A DNA stretch of 60,000 bases, taken from assembly GCF_018350175.1 (NCBI RefSeq), contig NC_058368.1, forward strand, positions 87,918,001 to 87,978,000, given 5' to 3'. This document shows, piece by piece, positions 1-11,200 of the stretch. This stretch comes from Felis catus. Taxonomy: Eukaryota. The translations under genes and the position numbers were made by a program. A model generated the notes under the pieces. The model saw only the letters and a list, made by a program, of their open reading frames with translations. It did no database searches and was not told the origin of the DNA. Every line of letters starts with the position of its first letter. The first letter of the stretch is position 1.

Positions 1-208
1 CCAGCATCTTCCACAGCCAGGCCACGGATCTCCAGCTCACATGCTGTCCCATCCTGCCTCAGGCTGACTCTGGCCCCAGCTCTGAGGGTCTCAGAGCCCT
101 TCGTCCACTCCACAGGGACCGCCTTGCTCAGCTCACAGCGCAGCATGACTGTGGCCCCTTCTGTGGCCTCTTCATTCCTCAGGCTCTTTGTGAACTTGGC
201 GGGCACAG
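1..208 (-). CDS. OBSCN: OBSCN exon, 264-bp class Ig domain, cut by the window edge (AVPAKFTKSLRNEEATEG...)
   Basis: cccAG acceptor at 209-210; frame open to position 1. Confidence 0.85.
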
Positions 209-3200
209 CTGGGGATGGTCAGAAAGACACAGACACAATCACAGTCTCTGAACACATGAATAAGACAAGACACTAACAGCACAGAAAAGACACAAACCAA
301 ACTAGACATGCGCCATGTGCTTGCTGGGTGTGCCAAGCACACACTGTGGGTTGTGGCTTCCCTCAGACTGGCTTATATGCAGCGTGGCCGTGGCCTCTTT
401 GATGGTTCATCAAGCCTCATACTTTGTATGACTCTGGCTAGCATGGCTGGAGAGTCGGACACAGAATGGAGAATTGTTGAGGGCAGGACACAGTAGCACA
501 GAGGACAAGACAGACTCCCACAGGACAACAGAACTAGCAGGGACTGAGAGGTCAAAAGTGGCTTGGATGCTGGCTTCTCTTGGTTCATACAACCACCCAG
601 GGAAGGGGAGACATTTCACGAAGTAACAGTGGAGGGTGACATCGGAGAATGGGGGAGAGAAAGAACGTGAACATGGAATGAGTGCACATGGACATCACGA
701 GTCACTTGGACACTAGATCACAGCTCTGCTTGGCCACACACAGTCTTTACCCCTGATGGTCACCGTGGCTGACGTTCTCTCCTGCCCGCATACACACGAG
801 TACTCCCCGGCATCTGCCACGGCCAGGTCACGGATCTCCAGCTCACACACCGTCCCATCCTGTCTCAGGCTCACTCTGTCCCCGGCTCTGAGGGTCTCAG
901 ACCCCTTCCTCCACTCCACGGGGACCGCCTTGCTCAGCTCACAGCGCAGCGTGGCCGTGGCCCCTTCCATGGCCTCTTCCTTCCTCAAGCTCTTTGTGAA
1001 TGTGGCGGGCAGGGCTGGGGAGAGCCAAGGATCAGGAGGACTCCAGGCTGTCTCGAGGACTCTATGTCCAGGACGAGACACCCACAAGCACCACACAAAC
1101 TGCCCAGGGCCATAACACGAATGAGTGAATGGAGCACAGAGTGGGTGAGGAAACAGTCCAGGAGAGGCAAACACAAGCCTGGACACAGACACCAGAACAA
1201 ATACTTGACAAGGAGATGGAGGCTTGGAGTTCCCAGGGGGACACAGCTGGAGACACACAGATGCCCACAGTCTGACAAGGAGAAGGTGGTGATAATGGAC
1301 AACATGCAGACACCAAGACATTGGCCCACGTGGCCACACATGACCTTTACCCCTGACAGTCAGCATGGCCGATGTCCTCTCCTGCCCGCACACACACGAG
1401 TACTCCCCAGCATCCTCCATGGCCACACCACGGATCTCCAGCTCACACATGTTTCCGTCCTGCTTCAGGCTGACTCTGTCTCCAACTCTGAGGGTCGCGG
1501 ACCCCTTCTTCCACTCCACAGGGGATGCCTTGCTTAACTCACAGTGTAGCTTTGCCGTGGCCCCTTCCATGGCTTCTTCCTTCCTCAGGCTCTTTGTGAA
1601 CTTGGCGGGCAGGGCTGGGGAGAGCCAAGGATCAGGAGGACTCCAGGCTGTCTCGAGGACTCTGTGTCCAGGACGAGACACCCACAAGCACCACACAAAC
1701 TGCCCAGGGCCACAACATGAATGAGTGAATGGAGCACAGAGTGGGTGAGGAAACAGTCCAGGAAAGGCAAACACAAGCCTGGACACAGACACCAGAACAA
1801 ATACTTGACAAGGAGATGGAAGCTGGGAGTTCCCAGGGGGACACAGCAGGAGACACACATATGTCCACGGAGTCTGACAGGGAGATGGTGGTGACATAGC
1901 AACAATATGCAACACCAAGACATTGGCCCACGTGGACACACATGATCTTTACCCCTGACAGTCAGCATAGCTGATGTCCTCTCCTGCCCGCACACACACG
2001 AGTACTCCCCGGCATCCACCATAGCCAGGCCACGGATCTCCAGCTCACACATGTTTCCTTCCTGCCTCAGGCTGACTCTGTCCCCAGCCATGAGGGTCTC
2101 AGACCCCTTCCTCCACTCCACGGGGGCCACCTTGCTTAACTCACAGCACAGCTTTGCTGTGGCCCCTTCCGTGGCCTCTTCCTTCTTCAGGCTCTTTGTG
2201 AACTTGGCAGGCAGGCCTGGGAATGGTCAGAAAGACACAGACATGATCACTGTCTGAGCACTTAGACAAGACACGACATGAACAGCGAAGGTAACACACA
2301 AATCCAACTGGGCATGGGCCAAATGCTATATGTGCTAAATGTGCTGTGTGTTGTGGTTTCCCTCAGCCCAGCCTGTGCACAATGTGGCTGTGGCCTCTTC
2401 TGTGGCTTCTCAGGCCTCATACTTTGTATGACTCTGGCCAGCATGGCTGGGAAACAGCCAAGAAGCAGGAGGACAGTCGGCTCTCTGGGCACTTGTGTCC
2501 AAGATGGTACCCACACAAGGATCCCACAACTGCAGAGGGCCGTGGGGCTTATGAGATACACATGCACCAACAGGAGGTGGCAAATGGCCTTGCAGAAACA
2601 AGGGGCACAAGGACTGACACCAACAGCAGGACATGTGCTGGATAACAATAAGGATCCAGGAGACCCTGAAACCACAGTTGAATAGAGACAAATGCCCACG
2701 AGTCCTACACAGAAGATGGTGATATGGTGACAATGTGCCCACATCGAGCCACTGGTCCACATGGTCACAAATGGTTTTTATCCCTGACAGTCAGCGTGGC
2801 TGATGTTCTTTCCTGTCCGCACACACACGAGTACTCCCCGGTGTCCACTAAGGCCAGCTCACGGATCTCCAGCTCACACACCATCCCATCCTGTCTCAGG
2901 CTCACTCTGTCCCCCGCTCTGAGGGTCTTGGGCCCCTTCCTCCACTCCACGGGGACCGCCTTACTCAGCTCACAGTGCATAATGGCTGTAGCCCCTTCGG
3001 TGGCCTCTTCCTTCCTCAGGGTCTTTGTGAACTTGGCGGGCAGGGCTGGGGAGAGCCAAGGAGGACTCCAGGCTCTCTTGGGGACTCTATGTCCAGGATG
3101 AGACACCCACAAGCACCACACAAACTGCCCAGGGCCACAACACGAATGAGTGAATGGAGCACAGAGTGGGTGAGGAAACAATCCAGGAGAGGCAAACACA

Positions 3201-5245
3201 AGCCTGGACACAGACACCAGAACAAATACTTGACAAGGAGATGGAGGCTTGGAGTTCCCAGGGGGACACAGCTGGAGACACACAGATGCCCACAGTCTGA
3301 CAGGGAGAAGGTGGCGATAATGGACAACATGCAGACACCAAGACATTGGCCCACGTGGCCACACATGACCTTTACCCCTGACAGTCAGCATGGCCGATGT
3401 CCTCTCCTGCCCGCACACACACGAGTACTCCCCAGCATCCTCCATGGCCACACCACGAATCTCCAGCTCACACATGTTTCCGTCCTGCCTCAGGCTGACT
3501 CTGTCCCCAGCTCTGAGGGTCACGGACCCCTTCCTCCACTCCACGGGGGATGCCTTGCTTAACTCACAGTGTAGCTTTGCTGTGGCCCCTTCCGTGACCT
3601 CTTCCTTTCTCAGGCTCTTTGTGAACTTGGCGGGCATGGCTGGGGATGGTCAGAAAGACACAGACACAGTCACGGTCTCTGAGCACATGGACGAGACAGG
3701 ACACAAGCAACACAGAAAAGACAAATAAATGGACACGGGCCATGTACTAAGTGTGTTGAGCACACACTATGGGTTGTGGTTTCCCTCAGGCTGTCCTGTG
3801 CACAGTATGGCCATGGCCTCTTTGGTTGCTCCTCAAGCCTCATAATGTGTATGATTCTGGCTAGCACAGCTGGCGAGTCAGACACAGGACAGAGGATTGG
3901 TGAGGGCAGGACACAATAGCACAGAGGACAAGAAAGAGTCCCATGGGACAACCGGACCAGCAATGACCAAGGAGTGGGTAAGTGGCTGGGATGCTGTCTT
4001 CCGGTGGTTCACACAACAGCCCAGAAGGGGAGAGATTCGATGGAGTAACAGGGCAGGTGACACCAGAGAATGTGAGAGAGAAAGAACGTGAAAACAGAAT
4101 GAGTGCAGATGGATGTCATGAAGTCAACTGGACACCAGATCACAGCTCTGCTTGGCCGCACGTGGTCTTTACCCCTGATGGTCAGCATAGCCGACGTCCT
4201 CTCCTGCCCACACATGCATGAGTACTCTCCAGCATCTGCCACGGCCAGGCCACAGATCTTCAGCTCACACATGGTCCCATCCTGCCTCAGGCTCACTCTG
4301 TCTCCAGCTCTGAGGGTCTTGGACCCCTTCCTCCACTGCACAGGGGCTGCCTTGCTCAGCTCACAGTTCAGTGTGGCTGTGTCCCCTTCCATGGCTTCCT
4401 GGGTCTTCAGATTTTGGATGAACTGAGCAGGCAGTGCTGTGGAGGGTCAGATGGATAGAAGTCATCAATCCCTCTGGAGGATTTGGGGCCTGATGTGAAC
4501 ACTCAGGATCAACAAAGCAGAAGTATGGAGGAGGACAGGCAGATCAGCTCATGTTTGACTGCAATGGCCTCTGGCATCTTGCCCTGAGGGTCATTTTACC
4601 CAGGGACTGCCTCCTTCCAGGTGTCATGTCTTCTCAATATCCTCATACCCCGACCTTTCGTACTAGCCCAGCTCTGGCCTCACCTGCACTGAGCTTGAAG
4701 CCAGGCTCCTCCCACTCACACATGACATTATGGCTCTTTCATGGAAGAATGCCCATGAGGCACCTCGTGGTCATGACATTCACTGCTCCACTGCTGCTTC
4801 TCACCCCATGTTTCCCAGCCAAAGCAGGGCATCCATCTCTTGCTGCCCACACCTGGGCTCATTGCACACTATCCCCACCCACACTAGGCCCTCTCTGCTC
4901 CACCTCACATGTTCTTGTCCAGACTCCACCAGACACTCACTCTCCTGCTCAGATTTCCAAGACTATGATGGATGCAGCCATGGCCTTTTAACCACACCCC
5001 TGGGCCCTTGTCACCTGAATTCCAACTGTAGGCACAATGAGGTCCTAAAGTTACAGGTGACCAGTGTCCACCCTAGTCACACCATGTTGTGGGGTGACTC
5101 CCGTACCCCAAATTCATGTCAAGGCCCCAGGGGGCCTCAGAACAGGGCTGGAGATGGAGTCTTTAAAGAGGTGGTTAAGGTAAAAGGGGGTCACTAGGGT
5201 GGGCCCTGATCTTATATGACTGAATCCCTATCAGAAGAGGACATC

Positions 5246-5288
<43 letters not shown>

Positions 5289-8200
5289 GGACAGCTACGT
5301 GAAGACACAGGACATGAGAAGGCAGTCATCTGCAAGCCAATGAGAGGACTCTGGAGGAACCAGCCCTGTCCTGACTGGATCCCAGACTCCAGCCTCCAGG
5401 ACTGGGAGACTACACGTTTCCAATGTCAAGGCCGCTTCTCTATATCTCAGTCATGCCTGTTTTGATAGCGGGAGCGGTTCCTGCCATAACAAAGACCTCA
5501 ATTTCTAGAACCAGCTTTGGAACTGATGTTGAGTGAAGGCTGGGTTTTGACAGACAGCCGGATAGATCTAGATTGCCTGGAGTAGATCATGGGAGCAGGG
5601 GTCAGTATAGGCATTACGGCACTTCTGGTGAGGCCCAAATCGGCAATGAGAAACAGCTGACTGGACACTTTCAGGAAAAGTAGTATCTGTAGGAAGTAGC
5701 AAGGAACCTGGATGAATTCTGCCCAGTCTGTGGGTGGATGAATTCTGCCCAGAATCTGTGGAAGGTGGGCCTCGTGAGCAGTGAACTTGCACTGGTTAGC
5801 TGAGAGATCTCCAAGAAGAGAGTTGAGGGAGCAGCCTGATTTCTTCTCACTCCTTGTGGTAAAACACAGGTAAGAGCAGGGCAGAAGCGGGAACAGAGGT
5901 AGGGTCGCCCAGGCAGGGTGTGCGGAAGGCTGGTCTGATGAGCCACACTCCTGAGAGCTGCATGGGAGACCAACAAAGTTTTGGAGAGCATGCAGATATG
6001 CTACAGCCACGCCTGAATCAGAGACGAGAAGGCTGAAATGGAGGAAACCATCAGACTTCCAGGGGTCCTACGGGATGCACCCGTGGAGCTGCCCAACTGT
6101 GGACATGTATCACTCGTCGAGAAGGGCAAAGAAGGAAAGCAAGGGAAATTCAGAAGCTGCAGGGCTGCCACGGCATGGGATCCACAGGCCAGGCCACATC
6201 TACCCACGGCCCATGGCACCACTTGTGGGCCCAGAGGACAGAGTATTGAGCCAGAGGCTCCTTGTCCAGCCTTAAAATCCAGGAGTCTTTCCTGCCCAGT
6301 GTCGTGTCTCCAGGGACCAGGGACCTCTTCCTTCATTTCCGTTTCTCCCCTTCGGAACAGGAATGCGCGTCTGGTACATGTCCTGTGGCTGCGTTTGGGA
6401 GGTGTGCAGTCTGACCTCGCAGGTTCATGGCTGAGAGGAAGCCACCTTGAGTGTCACCCAAACCTGGTGCACATGCTTCCATCACACTCTGGATTCTGTG
6501 GTGACGCTGGACTCAGGTAAGGCTTTGGAGCCTTGGGAACGGGGTGTGCATACGCTGCACGTGGGAAGGACATGCATTTCCAGGGATGTAAGAGGGCAGA
6601 GTGTCATGCACAAACTTGTCCCACCAGCAAATTGTATCCTGGAGTTGTACCCCCGAGACCTCAGAATATGAGCACATATGGAAATACGATTACCCTTCAG
6701 AGGGGTAATTAGGGTAAAGAAGGTCACTGGGTGGGTCATTAATCATGCTGGCATCCTAACAAGAGGGGATCAGGACACAAATAAAGGGACAGACACGTGA
6801 GGACATGGGAGGAGACAATGTGTACACTCTAAGGACGGATGCTCCTGGGTCCCAACACCTGGATTCAGACTTCCAGCCACTACGAGTGTGGGACCCGTGA
6901 CAGTGTTTGTCCTGCAGCCCAAGCCAAGTGGGACAGAGCCCTTCAGAGGGCAATCAAACCCTGTCACCAGACAAAGGAGGGCCTGGCCTGTCTGGCCACC
7001 TTATCCCTGAACACCCCAATGCTGCCCTCAGTCCTCCTTCATACATTCGTCATGTGTGTGACATGCTCCCAGCCCCACACCTGGGCCCAGGATGTGTGCC
7101 CATCCGCAGCCCGATCACAGGCCAGGAGCCCCGGGCCATTCTCCTGGACTGTGATGCCCATCTGTACATGTTTTCCTGGGGGTCCCCGTACCATCCACCC
7201 CGGGGCCTGGACAAGACTGACCAGTGTGTTCTTAGTGTGAGACTGTGGGATGCTCCACATGGCTATCGTGTGGTCCTGGAGAGACAGCAACATTGAGAGA
7301 CATAAGGAGCAAAGACCAAGAGGCAGGGGGAAGTCACTCAGGTGGCCACACACAGTCTTTACCTCTGACGATCAGTGTGGCCGATGTCCTCTCCTGCTCA
7401 CACACACACGAGTACTCCCCAGCATCCTCCATGGTCAGGCCATGGATCTCCAGCTCACACATGGTCCCGTCCTGCCTCAAGCTGACTCTGTCCCCAGCTC
7501 TGAGGGTCTTGGGCCCCTTCCTCCACTCCACAGGGGATGCCTTGCTCAGCTCACAGTGCAGAGTGGCCGTGGCCCCTTCTGTGGCCTCTTCCTTCCTCAG
7601 GCTCTTTGTGAACTTGGCAGGCAGGGCTGGGGAGAACCAAGGATCAGGAGGACTCCAGACTGTCTCGGGGACTCTATGTCCAGGACAAGACACCCACAAG
7701 CGCCACACAAAGTGCCTAGGGCCACGGCATGAATGAGTGAACGGAGCACAGGGTGGGTAGGAGGCAAATGGCCCAGGAGAGACAGACACAAGCCCAGATA
7801 CAAATATCAGGACAAATACTGGATGGGGAGATGAAGGCTAGAGTCCCCAGGAGGACACAGCTGGAGAGACACAGATGCCCACGGAGTCTGACAGGGAGAA
7901 GATGGTGACATAGTCACAATGTGCAGATACCAAGCCACAGGGCCACATGACTACACACAATCTTTACCTCTGACGGTCAGTGTGGCCGATGTCCTCTCCT
8001 GCCCACATACACACGAGTACTCCCCAGCATCCTCCATGGTCAGGCCACAGATCTCCAGCTCACACACGGTCCTGTCCTTCCTCAAGCTGACTCTGTCCCC
8101 GGCTCTGACAGTGTCAGACCCCTTCCTCCACTCCACGGGGGCTTCCTTGCTCAGCTCACAGTGCAGAGTGGCCGTGGCCCCTTCTGTGGCCTCTTCCTTC

Positions 8201-11200
8201 CTCAGGCTCTTTGTGAACTTGGCGGGCAGGGCTGAAGAGAGCCAAGGATCAGGAGGACTCCAGACTGTCTCGGGGACTCTATGTCCAGGACAAGACACCC
8301 ACAAGCACCACACAAACTGCCCAGGGCCACAGCATGAATGAGTGAACGGAGCACAGGGTGGGTAGGAGGCAAATGGCCCAGGAAAGACAGACACAAGCCC
8401 AGACACAAACATCAGGACAAATACTGGATGGGGAGATGAAGGCTAGAGTCCCCAGGAGGACACAGCTGGAGAGGCACAGATGCCCACGGAGTCTGACAGG
8501 GAGAAGATGGTGACATAGTCACAGTGTGGAGACACCAAGCCACAGGGCCACATGACTACACTCAATCTTTACCTCTGACCGTCAGCGTGGTCGAAGTCTT
8601 CTCCTGCCCGCACACACACGAGTACTCCCCGGCATCTGCCACAGCCAGGCCATGGATCTCCAGCTCACACACAGTCCTGTCCTGCCTCAGGCTGACTCTG
8701 TCCCCAGCTCTGAGGGTCTCAGACCCCTTCTTCCACTCCACGGGGGCCACCTTGCTTAACTCACAGTGCAGCTTTGCTGTGGCCCCTTCTGTGGCCTCTT
8801 CCTTCCTCAGGCTCTTTGTGAACTTGGCGGGCAGGGCTGGGGAGGAACAAGGTGACACAGGGAGCATCAGACCAAGTAACTTAAGAAGTCAGGATGTGGA
8901 CACTCAACAATGAAATGCACCCTGGAGCAAATAGGAAATCAAAGAATGGACACATGGACACATGGGTGGATCACAGTGTGTGGGGGCTGGGCAGCAGGGA
9001 GACAGAGGAGCTGGCATCCACAGTGGACCTCAGGACATGGACACATGCATGGGAATGGTCATAGTGCCCACAGAACAGATAGACATAGTGGCCAACGGGG
9101 ACATCTGCCAGCATCTTCCATGGTCAATCCTGTCTTAGACTGTACCTGATGCTAGATTCAAGGTCCCAGGTCCCTCATCTACCTCGCATACCCCAGGCTG
9201 CCCTGCTTGGACCACATCATGGCCGCAGCCTCTGACAGCTGCTCCCAGACTAGAGGGCACCCATGCTCCATGAGGTCACCCGGTGCTCCTATGGCAAAGA
9301 TGCTATGTTCATCCACACAGTTCAAGCACCATAGGGGCCCGGGTGCTCCTAGGATACCCTCGGGATGTGGGGGGTGTCCTCATCCTACCTTGTCTCATCT
9401 GCTTCCCTGCAGGAAGTGACCAGGCCCCCATAAGGGCCCCTGAGGACCCGGGCCCCATCAGGGAGCCACCAGCCACACCATGGCAGGGCCTGTTCTGAGC
9501 CCCCATTCCCAAGGGTCTCGGGCCCCTCGCACCACTGCACAAGTTCCTCCCAGAGCCTGCTCAGGCCCCAGGACCTTGGTGTAGGGGTTGTCAGGCCTGA
9601 GAGGAGCAGACACACGCACAGAGAGCAAATGAGAAATGGCCACAGATATCAACCTGGCAACACAGCTGCCTTTTGGAGGCAGGGCCTCGGGGACAGCAGG
9701 CAGGATGACCCATGGCAGGCAGCTCCACTGCATAGGGACTCCCACCTGCCCCTCACAGGGCCTATCATCCCTAACCCTGGACCAGCCCTCCTGTCCTGCC
9801 CTGCATCCTGAATCCCACCATGTCTGAGATGTCCCACTCCCAAAAGACTTCCTGCCAATGCTGTGAGCAGACCTACCCACCTGTCAGCATCAGACCTGGA
9901 CCCCACCTCCACATGGATGTCCCCCTGCCTTCCTGGGCATGGCACACATGACCTTCCCCTCCATCACCCGCCACATTCCATCCATACCCACTGTCACCTC
10001 CACACCTGCTTCACCTCACCTCCATACCTGCCTCACCTCATGTCCACACCCACCTCACCTTCCTGACCACCTTACCTCACATCACCTTACCTCATCCACC
10101 TCACCCCATCTCCACACCCACCTTATCTCACCTCCATATCCACTTCACCTCTCCACACCCACCTCACCTTCCTCACCCACCTCATCTCACTTTCCACACT
10201 CACCCACCTCACCTCCATAACCACCTCACCTGACCTCATCCACCTCAATTCACCTTCCTCACCCACCTCACCCCTACACCTGCCTCACCTCATGTCCACA
10301 CCTACCTCACCTTCTTGATCTACCTTACCTCACATCACCTCACCTCATCCATCTCACCTCACCTCCACACCACTTCACTTCTACAATCGCCTCACCTCAC
10401 CTTCACACCCACCTTACTTCCACACCCACATAACCTCCACACCTGCCTTGCCACACCTCCACACCTGCCTTGCCACACCTCCACACCTGCCTCATCTCCA
10501 CAATCACCTCATCTCACCTCCACACCCACTTCACCTCACCTTACTCATCTCACCACTACACCCACTTCACCTCATCCACCTTGCCTCATCTCCATACCTG
10601 CCTCAATTCACCTCCACACCCCCCCACCTCCACAATCACCTCCCCTCCCCTCCACACCCACCTCACTTCTCTCCACACCCATCTCACCTCACCTGCACAC
10701 CCACCTCGCCTCACCTCCACACCCACCTCGCCTCACCTCCACACCTGCCTCACCTCCACAGTCACCTCACCTCACCTCATTTTTCTCATTCACCTCACCT
10801 CAACACCCTTCACCTTCACACCCATCCATCCACCTTACCTCAACACCCATCTAATCTCACTTCCACACCTATCACCTCACTTCACTTTATCTCTGCATCT
10901 ATACCCAGACTTCATGTCACCTCAACTCAACTCACCCCCACACACACAGACCTCCCCTCAACTCACGCTACACACCCAATCTAACCTCACTTCACCTCAC
11001 ACACTTTCTACATAAACTCACCTCATTCACCTTCCACACCCACCTCACATGATTCACCTCATAGTCTACATCTACCTCACCACATCTTACCTCCAAACCC
11101 ACTCACCTCACCTCACCCCACCTCACTCTGCACACCTTGACCTTGCCTCCATCCACCCTCCACATCCGCACTTCACCCCCACATCTCTTCCATGTCCCTG

